64,000 bases of DNA from Squalus acanthias (Eukaryota), in the NCBI GenBank assembly GCA_030390025.1, contig CM059432.1, forward strand, positions 105,836,001-105,900,000, in the 5' to 3' direction. Below the pieces are notes generated by a model that was given only the letters and a program-made list of their open reading frames with translations, made no database searches and was not told the DNA's origin. Both the position numbers and the translations under genes were made by a program. Position 1 is the stretch's first letter. Every line of letters starts with the position of its first letter. Shown one piece after another: positions 36,630 through 50,435 of this stretch.

Positions 36630-36835
36630 GAGCTAAAAAATTGCGCAGTATCCAAAAAGAAATTTTCCATTCCCTGATGTACCTGCGGGCAGCTCCTTCG
36701 GGAAGTGGGTGAAAGGAGTGTTCAGCACTCAAATTGAGCAGTAAGATTGCATGGGAGGATGTTGTGAAGCTGTTTCCAATGCCCAGAGGACATGGGTTCA
36801 GATTAAAAAGAGATTTGCTAACCACAGAAAACCCC
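36630..36835 (+). pseudogene. Decayed Myb/SANT (Harbinger) remnant
   Basis: KIAWEDV...QRTWVQIKKRFAN across a frameshift. Confidence 0.45.
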
Positions 36836-37394
36836 ACTACCCACCATTTCCTATACCAAGTAGATGGTCGAACTATGTCTGTCGCAAAAGCTTGGATTTT
36901 CCAATGTCTACTGCCTGATTTCGTTTTGCTCATTATAAGAAATTGTAGGAAATGGGACAGAGATCTGTAATGCTGAGTCTCTGACCACATTAGTGCCAGC
37001 CCCTTTGTTCACCGTCATGCCTGACAATTGGCGGAAACACCTGCCCATTTTTTAGTTGGCACATGCAAATGAGATGGTAATGACATTTGACATCATACAT
37101 TCTATTTCTATCATTTCTGCTTCATTTGCGCTGAATCATATTCATTCCCATTTTACATGGGGTGCGGTATTGCTGAGCACCATGGAGAAGGCAGAAGAGA
37201 ATTTAAAGAGCCTAGACGCAGCTATAGCAGTTAAAAGCAGTTATGCCGTTAAAAGCTTATTTTTCAGTCATTTTGGGGGGTTTTTCTCATCTGCCTTTAT
37301 GCCATTTCCTGAAGGGCTGCTAGTGGCCCCAGTCCCATTTCATACAGGGCACAGTGGATTGAGTTTCCATCCCTGCCTCAGCACTGGGCAGCCC

Positions 37395-38652
37395 TGACCA
37401 AGGTCATAGATGGCATCCTCTGTGTCTGTCACCATGGTGCTTTATCTCTCCTCCAATACCTTTCCTCCTCCAACACCTTTCCTCCATTGTATACCTCAGT
37501 GGGCTTGCCCTCACTTGGTTCCACTCTTACCTATCGGATCACAGCCAGAGCATCTCCAGCAATGGTTTCTCTTCTTACCCCAGCAGCATTATCTCCGGAG
37601 CCTCCAAAGCATTTATCCTTGGCCCCCTCCTCTTCTTCATCTATAAGCTGCCCCTTGGCGGCATCATCCAGAGACATGGGGTCAACTTCCACATGTTCAC
37701 TGCCAACACCCAACTCTACCTCTCCACCACCTCTCTCGACTCCTCCACTGCATCGCTCTTGTCAGACTGCTTGTCCAATATACAGTCTTGGATGGTTGCA
37801 ATTTATCCAGTTAAACATTGGGAAGATAGAAGTGATAGTTTCCGGCCCCCACCACAAACTCATTGCCCTTGTCACTGATTCCATCCCCCTCCCCAGCCAT
37901 TGTCTCAGGTTGAACCAGACAGTTTGCAGTCTCAGTGTTCTATTTGACCCTGAACTGAGCTTCCAATCCCATATACTTCCCATCACTGAGACCGCCTACT
38001 TCTACCTCCTTAACATCACCCACCTCCTCCCCTGCCTCAGTCGGCCTGCTGCTGAAACCATCATCCATGCCTTTGTTACCTCAAGACATGACCATTCCAA
38101 TGCTCTCCTGGCCGGCCTCCCACTCATCACTCTCTATAAGCTTCAGCTCATCCAAAATTCTGCCATCTGTATCTTTTCTGCACTAAGACCCACTTACTCA
38201 TCACATCTGTCCTTGATGACCTACATTGGCTCCCATTACTTCAACACTTCAAAATTAAAATTCTCATCCTTGTAATTAAATCCCTTTGTGGTCTTGCCCC
38301 TGCTTGTCTCTGTAACTTCCTCTGGCCCTACAACTCCCCCCCCCCCCCTCCAACCCCAAACTTTCCGTTGCTCTCAGTCTGATCTTCTTTGCATCCCCCT
38401 CATTTGGCCCCAGCATTGGCGGCTGTGCCTTCAGCCATTTAGGCCCCACACTCTCTAATTCCCTCCCTAAACCATTCCATCTCATCACCTCCCTCTCCCC
38501 TTTAAGGCCCTCTTTAAAACCCGCCTATTTGACACAGCTTTTGGTCACCCTTCTTAATATCCTCTTCTTCATCTCAGTGTCTATTTTTGTCTGAAGCACC
38601 TCGGGTCATTTTACTACACTAAAGATGCTATAAAAATGCAAGTTGTTGCTGT
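37395..38652 (+). mobile_element. Older L2 LINE fragment
   Basis: ORF 37487-38275 (QLNIGKIE, ETIIHAFVTSR, LQLIQNSA); L2 tail. Confidence 0.8.
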
Positions 38653-38899
38653 TAATAATGTTAGGAATTCCCCTCTATCTTCGCTTCTTGAAAGAGGAGG
38701 AAAAGTAATGGAGGGCTGCCAGGCTGGTGAGGCTGCATTGGAGAGGAATGCTACCCACCTGCCAGTACCTCCACATCAGTGTAAATATAAAAGCTCTTGC
38801 CTACATTTGACTGAAGAACAGAGTCTTTACTTTCAAAAATAAGCTGTAACAGATTGATATCATTGGCAGCAAGTGGGCCTGTAGCTCACCTCCATCATA

Positions 38900-39720
38900 G
38901 GCACTGTTTTGACGGTGGTTGTTAAGGTTACAACTTCTCTTAAATTCTATGCACAAGGTCATTCCAGGCTGCGAATGGAGATATTAGTAATGTTAGCCAA
39001 ACAGAGGTTCACAAATGCATTAAGCAAGTCATGGATGTGCAGTTTGCTAAAGTAAATAATTTCTTCTCTTTTTCCATGCTCCCTCAGTGATGGCATGACA
39101 GATAACTCCAATTTGACAGAGTAGCAGAAGGTCCCAGAAGTCATAGATTATACCCATATGGTCTACACGCTCCTTTAATCACTACCACCATATATGTCAA
39201 CAGCTAAAGGTTCCATATGTATCAATGTGCAGTTCGTTTGCAAACAGCAGAACTGCATCATGCAAGTGAATGCTTATTTCCCTCTGAGCTGCCATGGGGC
39301 CTTCATTTTAAGGCAGTCCATCACTCCTTGACCCAGAAATGCAAATCTGTGGGTGCTCTTTGGGAGATCAAAACTGTTCTCTGCAGCTGTAGCTGATGAC
39401 ACCTGTGCAGTTTCTCAGGACCTGAGCTGAGCACTTGCCATAATGAGGTACACACATATACCAGAGTAATAATTGAGCACACCACTGCCATGTTGAAAGT
39501 GTGCTTCAGGTGCCTGGATTGGTCTGGTGGCATCCTGTTAGGATCTCAAGGATCATGGTGGTGTGCTGCATACTGCACAGCTTTGCCTTAGATAGAGGCC
39601 TCCTTCATGGAGGCTCCAGAGAATGAAGACTCCCAAGTATAACAAGGGAATCAGCAAGAGGAGCAGGAGCAAAAGCTTGAAGAGAATACGGAGGTCAAAC
39701 TATTTCCAGCTGAAAGACGC
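38900..39720 (+). pseudogene. Decayed Harbinger DDE transposase
   Basis: INVQFVC...IMQVNAYFP..CHGAFILRQS and IEHTTAMLKVCFRCLD motifs; acidic tail; stops and frameshifts. Confidence 0.7.
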
Positions 39721-40169
39721 ATTCATGCCATGATATGGGAGACCTTCTCTTGACTATTGTAACCTTCAACTAAATTAACAGACCTAACAACATTTTCTGC
39801 CTTTGCACCACAAATATGTCATCATCTACAGACCCTGCTCTGTCTGCAACAGGTTATACAGCTCCCATTCATGCCATTTGATGAAATCAACTTCCAAACC
39901 TTGCCAAGAACAATAGCCCAAAATCAAGGTCTTCTAAATCATTCCTAAAGGTCAGACAGGACAGCTTTAAGAGGACTTCTGCTGGCTGTGTGCCTGCAGG
40001 AATGTGCTATGATCCAGATTTTACAGATGCACAGTGATGACATCATCTCGGTTTCTTTGGATTGAACCTTTAATTTGTTGCCTTTTTTGAGTTTGAATTT
40101 AGGTTTTGCTCCTGTTTTGCTACCATTCAAGATAGTTTGCTCAGCTAGAAACTAGCACTTTGTGGACAG

Positions 40170-40772
40170 CATGATACTCCTTTTTGAATTTTGGGATGTA
40201 TTAAAAGGTCAATATTGAGCCTAAATAGTGAAGTAATCCTGCCACTTTATACATCATTGGTGGGACCGCATTTAGAATACTGTGTACAGTTCTGGTCACC
40301 ACAGTACAGAAAGGATATTGCAGCTATTGAGAGGATGCAGAAGAAAGAAACCAGAATGATTGAGGGGATGGAGGGATTGGATTATGAGGAGCCATTATGT
40401 AAATTGGGCATGATTTCACTGGAAAAGGAAAGATTGAGAGGTGATTTGATGGCTGTTTTTAGGATTCTAAAGGGACTAGATAGTGTAGACCATGACAAGC
40501 TCTTACACCTTGTCCAGGACAGTGAAACCAGAGGATACAGCCTGCACTTGAAGGGGATGAATTGAAAACTAATCTGTGAAATCAATATTTCAGTGAGCGA
40601 ATGGTCAATCTATGGATCAGGCTCCCTAGGGAGATGGTGGAAGCAGATTGTATTGATTCATTCAAATGCAAATTAGATAGATTCCTTTCAGAAAATAACA
40701 GTGAATGCGTAATCTGAGACATGACGTGGTAAGTGTAGCATGCTTGGGATGAACAGGTGACTTTGAACGTAT
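40170..40772 (+). mobile_element. Older CR1 3' fragment (continues after 51430)
   Basis: ORF 40191-40565 (PLYTSLVGPHLEYCVQFWSP, RLRGDL). Confidence 0.8.
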
Positions 40773-41069
40773 GGGGGAGAAATTGGCTAACCCCCAAAAG
40801 CGGGCGCAGAGATTGCGGTGCACAATTAACCCATGCCTGGCAGCATGGTAAATTCATGCTGCCTACTGTTTTACAAGATTGCTGCATGCAGCCAGCACTC
40901 ATCATGCTGTTCATTGGCTGCACACATCAGCAGGGTGCCCAATATCAGGAACGCCTAGCACTACTTAATGGCAGCCTGCACTTCTTAAAGGGGAGGTGCA
41001 TTGTGGCTGCAAGAAGTGGTGGGAGTCATTTGAAAACTGATTCTCTGCTCTGATACTTTGAGCAATAGC

Positions 41070-42760
41070 TGAACATGTAAGAGAGTGAGCACAAAGGTGA
41101 GAAGAAGTAGTGGTGGAGGTCAATGCCAGGAGTATTGCCCTAAGAACATGGATGCAGTGCAGGAATAAGTTTAATGATCTCACACGAGTTGTCAAGGTGA
41201 GTGAGTTCATCTTCAAACAGCATAACCTACCAACTGCACCACTAGCCTCATCCACTGCTCAATTCACTGCACCCCCATCACCCATCTACCACCAATCTCT
41301 ATCAATCATGATTCAACCCTAACATTCATATGTTTTACCTCACCCTCACACACGTAGTACTATTACAAGCCTCACACTCACAACTCCCAGCTCGCAAACA
41401 CTGGCAGCTATTCCACCGTGACAGCCAAATCACCCAAACATATTGCAGGACACTCACTGACACACTTCCCTCTTTCTTGCAGGAGAAGGTGGCACATAAA
41501 TAGTAGGCAGTAGCAAAGAACTGGAGGAGGACAAGCGCGTCTTCATTTTTTAACCCCCATGGAGGAGATCGTGCTGACATCATGGGAAGGGGCAACGTTG
41601 AGGCCATGGCCACTGGCAGGGCTGAAGCAATTGAAGATGAGGGTATCAGCATACATAATCATTCTTCTCTTGTCCCTCTTCTCCCTCATCCCTCAATCTC
41701 TTCTGACTGAGAAGTTTCAGATGGTGTAAGCTCTCACTTCTTACTTTCTCCTCTCCCCTCACCAACCCTTGTCCCTTTTTCATTTCAGATAGCCAACAAC
41801 TGGAACCTGCCCAATCAGTGGAGGAAGAGGAAGAAGAAAGTGAAGATGAACAGACATTGTCACTAGTTCTCACAGTCGCCGCCATCAGCTCAGAAACTGC
41901 ATGTATTTTTGAGGCTAGAATATAGGAGAGATCTGCACGTAATGAGACACAAGTGCACAGGAGCTAGGGTGGGGGGAAAGGATAGCGCAGGTGCCAGCTC
42001 GCCGGAGGGCGAGGTCACACACTAGTTCTGCTGCAGAGGACTCAGATGAGGACTTCGATGGACCAGGCTACAGAAGAAGGCTGATGGGTGTACACAAGCA
42101 AATGCTTGGGGCACTGGAAAACCTGCCAGAAAGCCTGCGCTCACTGTCAAGGAGCATGGAGGAGTCCAGCAACAACTTGGCACAGGGCTCTGCGCAGAGC
42201 TTGGAGCCCATTCTTTCCAACATAGAACAGGTGGTCACCTCCATCAGCATACCTGTGGAACCCACCATGATGCAGCGTCTGATGGCTGATGTCACAGCTT
42301 CCATTGCAGCACAAACAGCTTGTGGGTCTGAGTGCTGCAGTGAAAGCTCAGACTGCTGCCCTCATGGGTCAAGATACCACTGTTCAAAGGGGCTTCCAGG
42401 ACATCACAGCAGTCGATCAATCTGTTCTCCAATAGATCAGTAGGATTGCTGAAGGGCCATCCCGGGAGAGTGGCAGTGGGTCCTTGGAGCACGAACCTGC
42501 TCTCCTCTCTCAGTATGACAGCATTCCTGTTCACACCCCTGCCATCCGCCACTGCCCTTGCTGTTGCCTGTCAGACAACCAGCCCAGACTGCTGCAGCCC
42601 AGGCCAGGCCTTCTAGGTTCAGAGCTACTCGACGTCACCCTCCAAGGCCATCTGCAGTTTCCTCAACTGAAGGTCACCAGCCTTCCACCACCCATGCTGC
42701 AGCCATTAGGGAAGCACCTGGTAGGAGCACCAGGAGAGACAAAGGCGCTAAGGGAATGCA
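41070..42760 (+). pseudogene. Spliced Harbinger Myb/SANT DNA-binding gene (decayed)
   Basis: EVNARSIALRTWMQCRNKFNDLTRVVK followed by a gtgagt donor; acceptors tcttgcag (about 41482) and catttcag (about 41788); acidic and coiled-coil C-terminus in ORF 41991-42443. Confidence 0.75.
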
Positions 42761-43007
42761 CAAGGGTGATTTGTTTATTTTTGTATGCATTATTTCATGA
42801 TTGAATTTATAAATTTGGATTGGAATGTGCATTTTCTGCTGGTTTTTATTTTTGTGTTGTCAAAAAGAGGACAATGTGATGGTCAGTGATAGAGGAAAGG
42901 TAAGGAGTGTGGGCCTGTTAGAACATAGAAGAATAGGAGCAGGAGTAGGCCATTTGGCCCTTCGAGCCTGTTCTGCCATTCAATATGATCATGGCTGATC
43001 CTCTATC

Positions 43008-46000
43008 TCAATACCATATTCCCGCTCTCTCCCCATACCACTTGACACCTATTGCGTCTAGAAATCTATCTATCTCCTTCTTAAATATATTCAGTGACTT
43101 GGCCTCCACAGCCTTCTGTGGTAGAGAATTCCACAGGTTCACCACCCTCTGAGTGAAGAAATTTCTCCTCATCTCAATCCTAAATGTCCTACCCCATATC
43201 CTGAGACTGTGACCCCTTGTTATAGAGCCCCCCAGCCAGGGGAAGCATCCTCCCTGCATCCATTCTGTCTAGCCCTGTCAGAATTCTATACGTTTCAATG
43301 AGATCCCCTCTCATTCTTCTAAGCTCTAGTGAATATAGGCCTAGTCGACCCAATTTCTCCTCATACGACAGTCCTGCCATCCCAGGAATCAGTCTGGTGA
43401 ACCTTCGCTGCACTCCCTCTATGGCAAGTATATCCTTTCTTAGGTAAGGAGACCAAAACTGCACACAGTACTCCAGGTGTGGTCTCACCAAGGCCCTGTA
43501 CAACTGTAGTAAGACATCCTTGCTCCTGTACTCAAATCCTCTTGCAATGAAGGCCAACATACCATTTGCCTTCCTAACAGCTTGCTGCACCTGCATGTTT
43601 GCTTTCAGTAACTGGTGTACAAGGACACCCAGGTCCCTTTGTACATCAACATTTCCCAATCTATCACCATTAAATAATACTCTGCCTTTCTGTTTTTCCT
43701 ACCGAAGTGGATAATTTCACATGTATCCACGTTATACTGCATCTGCCATGTATTTGCCCACTCACTCAACTTGTCTAAATCGCCTTGAAGCCTCTTTGCA
43801 TCCTCCTCACAACTCACAATCCCACCTAGTTTCATGTCATCAGCAAACTTGGAAATATTACATTTGGTTCCCTCATCCAAATCATTGATATATACTGTGA
43901 ATATCTGGGGCCCGAGCACTGATCCCTGCGGCACCCCACTAGTCACTGCCTGCCACCCCGAAAAAGACCCATTTATTCCTACTCTCTGTTTCCTGTCTAT
44001 TAACCAATTTTCAATCCATGCCAGTATATTACCCCCAATATCATGTGCTTTAATTTTGCACATTAATCTCTTATGTGGGACTTTATCAAAGGCCTTCTGA
44101 AAATCCAAATACACCACATCCACTGGTTCTCCCTTATCTATTCTACCAGTTACATCCTCAAAAAACTCCAGTAGGTTTGTCAAACACGATTTCCCTCTCA
44201 TAAATCCATGTTGACTTTGTCTAATCCCATTGATATTTTCTAAGTGTCCTGTTATCACATCCTTTATAATAGACTCTAGCATTTTCCATACTACTGATGT
44301 TAGGCTAACCGGTCTGTAGTTCCCTGTTTTCTCTCTCCCTCCTTTTTTAAATAGTGGGGTTACATTTGCCACCCTCCAATCTGCAGGAACTGTTCCATAA
44401 TCTATAGAATTTTGGAAGATGACAACCAATGCATCCATTATTTCCATGGCTACCTCTTTTAGTACTCTGGGATGCAGATTATCAGGCCCTGGGGATTTAT
44501 CAGCTTTCAGTCCCATTAATTTCTCCAGCACTATTTTTTTACTAATACTAATTTCCTTTAATTCCTCCTTCTCACTAGACCCTTGGTTCCCTAGCATTTC
44601 TGGGAAGTTATTTGTGTCCTCTACTGTGAAAACAGAACCAAAGTATTTGTTTAATTGCTCTGCCATTTCCTTGTTCTCCATTATAAATTCTCCTTTTTCT
44701 GACTGTAAGGGACCTACATTTGTCTTCACTAATCTTTTTCCTTTTACATACTTGTAGAAGCTTTTACAGTCCGCTTTTATGTTCCTTGCAAGTTTACTCT
44801 CATACTTTATTTTTCCCCTCTTAATCAATCTCTTGGTCTTTTTTTGCTGAATTCTAAACTGCTCCCAATCCTCAGGCTTACTACTTTTTCTGGCAACTTT
44901 ATATGACTCCTCTTTGGATCTAATACTATCCTTTATTTCTTTTGTTAGCCATGGTTGGGCCGCTTTTCCTTTTGTGTTTTTGCGCCAGAAAGGAATGTAT
45001 AACTGTTGCAATTCATGCATTCGTTCCTTAAATGTTAGCCATTGCCTATCCACCATCAAGCCTTTTAATGAAGCTCCCCAATCTATCATAACCAACTCCC
45101 TCCTCATACCTTCGTAGTTTCCTTTGTTTAGATTTAGGACCCTCGTTTCGGATTGGCGTACTTCACTTTCCATCTTAATGAAGAATTCTATCATGTTATG
45201 GTCACTCTTCCCTAAAAGACCCCACACAACAAGATTATTACTTAACCCCTTCTCATTGCACAATACCCAATCTAGGATAGCCTGTTCCCTAGTTGGCTCC
45301 TCAACGTACTGGTCTAAAAAACCATCTCGTACACACTCCAGGAATTCATCCTCCACAGTATTATTGCTAATTTGGTTTGGCCAGTCTATATGTAGATTAA
45401 AGTCACCCATGATTACTGTAGTACCCTTGTTACATGCATCTCTAATTTCCTGTTTGATGCCATCCCCTACATTACCACTACTGTTTGGAGGCCTATATAC
45501 AACTCCCACCAATGTTTTCTGCCCCATGGTGCTTCTGAGCTCCACCCAGACTGATTCTACATCTTGATTTTCTGAGCCAATATCCTTTCTCGCTATTGCT
45601 CTGATTTCATCCTTTACTAACAACGCCACCCCACCTCATAGAAACATAGAAACATAGAAGATAGGAGCAGGAGTAGGCCATTCGGCCCCTCGAGCCTGCT
45701 CCGCCATTCGATGAGATCATGGCTGATCATCCAAACTCAGTACCCTGTACCTGCCTTCTCCCCATATCCCTTGATACCTTTAGCTTTAAGAAATATATCT
45801 AACTCCTTCTTGAATATATTTAATGACTTGGCCTCAACTACCTTCTGTGGTAGAGAATTCCACAGGTTCACCACTCTCTGGGTGAAGACATTCTTCCTCA
45901 TTTCTGTCCTAAATGGCTCACCCGTTATCCTTAGATTATGACCCCTGGTTCTGAACTCTCCGACCATCGGGAACATTCTTCCTGCATCTAGTTTGTCCAG

Positions 46001-46400
46001 ACCTGTCAGAATTTTATATGTTTCAATGAGATCCCCTCTCATTCTTCTATACTCCAGCGAGTATAAGCCCAATCGACCCAATCTCTCCTCATATGTCAAT
46101 CCTGCCATCCCAGGTATCAGCCTTGTGAATCTTCGCTGAACTCCTTCCTTTTCCTTTTTGCCTGTCCTTCCTAAATATTGAATATCCTTGGATTTTCAGC
46201 TCCCAGCCTTGGTCACCCTGCAGCCATGTCTCCGTAATCGCAATTATATCGTATCCGTTTTCATCTATTTGCGTTGTTAATTCATCTACCTTATTACGAA
46301 TGCTTTGTGCATTCAGATACAGTGCCTTTAGATTTGTCTTTTTAACATTTTTAGACATCTTAGCATTTTTTTGTACTATGGCACTATTTGTCTTACCATT
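43008..46400 (-). pseudogene. CR1 ORF2 (APE endonuclease plus RT), split by an insert and frameshifted
   Basis: [59 protein letters not shown]; largest piece 43605-45629 (674 aa). Confidence 0.92.
45638..46142 (-). mobile_element. Short CR1 3' fragment inserted in the endonuclease domain of the full-length CR1
   Basis: Own (catagaaa)n tail at 45638; ORF 45737-46108; it splits the GKGGGVAL motif. Confidence 0.9.
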
Positions 46401-46530
46401 TTTTCTTACCCGGACCGTATTTGTTAGTGCACTCTTTTGTTTGTATGCTCTGTCCCTTCCTGACACAATCTGGTTATCCTTACCCCAATCACTTTCCTGG
46501 AGTACCTCCTTGTCTTTTCTCTTTAGCATT

Positions 46531-47531
46531 CTAGATTTCTCTCCACCGGGACCCTCCCCCCCCCCCCCCCCCCCACTTATTTAGTTTAAATATCTTATCT
46601 ACCTCCCTAGTTATTCGATTCGCTAGAACTCTGGTCCCAACATGGTTCAGGTGTAGTCCGTCCCAACAGAACAGCTCTCTCTTTCCCCAGTACTGGTGCC
46701 AGTGCCCCATGAATCGAAACCCACTTCTCCCACACCAATCTTTGAGCCATGCATTCATCTCCCTGATCCTATTGACCCTATGCCAATTTGCTCGTGGCTC
46801 AGGTAATAATCCAGAGATTATGACCTTTGTGGTTCTGCTTTTTAATTTAGTCCCTAGCTGCTCAAACTCTCTCAGCAGAACCTCTTTCTTAATCCTACCT
46901 ATGTCATTGGTACCTACGTGGACCACGACAACTGGATCCTCCCCCTCCCACTCCAAGTTCTTCTCCAGCCCAGAGGAGATGTCCTTTACCCTGGCACCAG
47001 GTAGGCAACATAGCCTTTGGGACTCACGCTCCTGGTTGCAGAAAACAGTGTCTATCCCCCTAACTATACTGTCGCCTACTACAACCACCTTCCTTTTTAC
47101 TCCCCCCACTTGAACGGCTTCCTGTACCACGGTGCCGTGGTCAGTTTGCTCGTCCTCCCTGCAGTCCCCGCACTCGTCCACAAGGCTTGCAAGAACCTCG
47201 AATCTATTGGACAAGGGCAGGGACTGAGGCTCCTGCAATACTACCTCCTGGATCCCCGTACCTGCCTCACTTGCAGTCACACCCTCCTGTCCCTGACCAC
47301 GTGTCAATTCTAAAGTATTTAATCTAAGGGGTGTGGCTGCCTCCTGGAGCAAAAGGTCCAGGTAACTTTCTCCCTCCCTGATGTCTCGCAATGTCTGCAG
47401 TTTGGACTCCAGCTCCTCAACTCGGAGCTGAAGTTCCTCACGCCGCAGACACCACAGATGTAGTCGCCCTGGACAAAAATATCCACAAGCTCCCACATGC
47501 TGCAGCAGCAACACATCTCCTGTTCTCCCAT
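46531..47531 (-). pseudogene. CR1 ORF1: zinc finger, coiled coil, SGNH/GDSL esterase (frameshift near N-terminus)
   Basis: CCCCSMWE...YICGVC; LRVEELESKLQTL; GDSIVR, HVGTND, DGLHLN. Confidence 0.9.
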
Positions 47532-48949
47532 TATTTTATTTATTTATTTAATTAATTAATTAGTTTAGTGTTAATCAAATTATTTACCTCGTTTAGTTTA
47601 TTAAATGAAATTAAGTTTAGTTTTTAAAATTTAGTTCTATGCTATATGTTAACTTAAAACTTAGCCCACAGTCACTACCAATCACTTACCTGTCTTACCT
47701 TTGACGTCACACTGTAGTTTCCTCTTGTAGTTGCAGGTCTGCTGCTGCTTTTATCCCCGCTCTCGAGCCTCGGTCTGCTCCCACTCAGGTCCGCCGCCGC
47801 TCTACGGGAGAAGTTAGAAAAAGCAAGGCAAAGCAGCACCTCCTTCCCCTAACTCCCACACTTACCAAACACCCAAGTTGTTCACTGCACCAAGCTGCAC
47901 TCCGTGACAAACTGCACTCCAACCTCCCTTGTTTATACTGCTGATATTTATGAGTCATCTCTCTGGCAGTTGCAGAACCAGATTAGACCAGTTCATTAAC
48001 TAACTAGCCCCATCCACTCTCCAGTACAGAGCTTGCTTAGTCCTGCCCAAGCCTGGAAGAAACTTAAAACTTAAAACAGTAAATTTAAGTTAAATGCTAA
48101 TTGCAAGCACACAAGACTAGATTTTATCAAGCAGAGATTAACCCTTAAGATTCACTCCCACACTTACCAAACTCCCAAGTTGTTCACTCTGCGCCAAGCT
48201 GCACTCCGTGTTGGTGAATGGGAAGGTGTGGTTGAGGTTACTGGTATTGCTCATTAATTATTTCATCATGTAGTGCTCAGGCAGAAAGGGGCTGTCTATG
48301 TTGTAGCTTCCCTTGGTCTCCCTGTTCCTGCACCTCCTCCTCCTCCACTTCCTCCTCCTCCTCTTCCTTGTGCTCCTGCTCTTCAGCTTCTCACCTGATA
48401 GGTGGTGACAAGGGCTGTTCCCTCATAATGGCCAGGTTGTACAGCATGCAGCATGCTGCCACAAATCTTGATACTTGCTCAGTGAGGACTGCAGGGCTCC
48501 TCCAGAGTGGGCCAGGCAGCGGAAACGTTGCTTGAGGATGCCGATGGTGTGCTCTATAATGTTCCTTGTGGCAGCATGACTCTCATTGTAGGCCTGCTGT
48601 GCACATGGGTTCCAGACCAGAGTCATGAGCCATGTCATGAGTGGATAACCCTTGTGAACCAGTAGCCAGCCTTTGACTTGCCGTGGTGAGTCAAAAACAG
48701 CTGGCACAAAGGACTGCCACAGAATGAAGGAATCGTGGCTACTGCCAGGATAATGGGCATTCACCTGCTTGATGCACTGCCTGTGGTTGCACACTAGATG
48801 CACATGGGGGGATTGGAATCCCTCTCGGTTCATGAAAATGGCCGAGTTGACTTGAGGCACTGCAAGGCAATGTGCGTGCAGTCAATGGCACCCTGCACCA
48901 TGGGGAAGCCTGCAATCTGAGAAAATCCTTGCGCTCGCTTTGCCTGCTT

Positions 48950-50435
48950 GGCCTGGATATTAACAGGGGTGGGTTAAGTAGTTTGGGGAGGTGGAGTTTG
49001 TCCGGGTTTCCCTGCATGCTGTGGAGTTAAAACCTTTTGGGGGAAAAATTCAGTTGGTTTGCGCCTCCCGTTAGCGCCTTAAGAGGGCGCTAATGGGGCG
49101 CAAAGCAACTAGCGCCCGTGCGTGGCGATGTTTGCGCCGCTCACGAAATTAACTAGACATTTTGCGGCGGCGCTAAACACTACCGCCAAGATCTCCTGCG
49201 CCGGCAGATCGTGACATCAGTTGAGTGCGCAACGCCCCAGACCGGATATTGAGTGGCGCCCCCTGCCTTACCGCCTGCCGCTAGCAACGACAGGTTGAGG
49301 GGAGCGTTTTGCAGTCAGGAAGGGACTGGGGGGAGCACTATTTAAAAGCGACCGCTTCCTGCCTTTTTTTGTTGGTGACATTTTTGCACCACGCATTTTG
49401 AGAGAGAGAGAGAGAGACTTCTGGAGAGATTCAACGCTGTGTGAAGGAGTTTTGGGTACTGAGCAGCACTTTGCAGGTTCATTTTGATTTCCCCTTCCTT
49501 GTATCGATTTAGAAAAGACTGTGGGGGCTGCACTCTGAGCTCTTTCCCTGGGCCTCTCCATTGTTCTTTCCAGCAGATTTGATGTACAGGTCTCTCCAGG
49601 CCGAGATTCAAGGCTGCAATGAGCAGGATGTGGATGGAGAGCAAGATCAACCCTCCCCTTTAAGAACTGGCTGGCGCCATTGTGTCTGTGTTCCATTGCT
49701 GACTGACATCACATGAGCTTCGCCAGCACTCTGAGGTAGCGCCTCGCTCCTTGGCCTTTGCGCCTTAAGACAGGTGTGAAGCGCCTGATTTAGCGCTCCA
49801 ATCACCTTCAGGGACGATAAAAGCCAAGTTTGCAGTCGGAGGCGATAATTAGCGCCAGGCGCTAATCTTTGCGCCCGGCCGATAATTGCGCCCCAAATGG
49901 GGCGATATTGAATTTCTCCCTCTTTGTCTTTGACAGGGTCCCCACGGAAGTCAGCCTGATTGACAGGCTTGGCTTCCAGTCAGGCGGGGAGGACTCTGGA
50001 TCAGGCCGCAGGAGCAGGTAGGTTCGATCCCCAGGGGTGGGGGGGGGGCGGGGGGATGGGTCCGATCCTCGGGGTTCTTTGTATGGCAGGTGTCTGATGG
50101 GGTGGAGCTTTGTGGGCCGCGGTGAAGCACTCCTGCTCCTCCTGGCCCACAAGCAGTGCTCCTCGAAGCTGTCCTCACCTCCCTTCAGCTGTCACGTTTC
50201 CTGAGGCTTGGGAAACCCTGTTAAACCTGCAAAGCAGGTTAAATCAGAGTCTGCCAGCCTCATTAAAATATTTAAATTGCCAACCCATCTCCTGGGAGCG
50301 GGTTAGCTGCCTGGCCCCTGTCCCGCCTTCGTTAAACCCATAAGTGGACGGGTTGGGGTCGGGTTTCAGATTTAAAAAATTTTAACATTTGACCCGACCC
50401 CAACCCACCCGTTTTTGGGTGTTAAAATTTACCCT
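48950..50435. mobile_element. Harbinger-type MITE inside the transposase gene
   Basis: TSD ctt (48947-48949, 50436-50438); imperfect TIRs ...atattaac / gttaaaattt.... Confidence 0.75.
49039..49922. mobile_element. Harbinger deletion-derivative MITE (third nesting level)
   Basis: TIRs gggggaaaaattc / gaatttctccctc; TSD ttt; paralog of 34708-35600. Confidence 0.88.

Larger units (their letters stand above)
42920..48208 (-). mobile_element. Full-length CR1 LINE (5'UTR-ORF1-ORF2-tail)
   Basis: TSD tgtt (42916-42919, 48209-48212); ORF1 esterase; ORF2 APE plus RT; (ttctatg)-type tail. Confidence 0.92.

Noticed and set aside
43834..45567. Plus-strand ORFs opposite CR1 ORF2 (also 57477-58101)
   Set aside because: Antisense shadows of the RT coding frame.
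46531..47514. GDSL esterase as a host or horizontally acquired enzyme
   Set aside because: It is the known esterase-type ORF1 of CR1 LINEs, in the expected position.
48423..48860. Host HARBI1 gene
   Set aside because: Frameshifted, catalytic motifs degraded, interrupted by MITEs and enclosed by TIRs.
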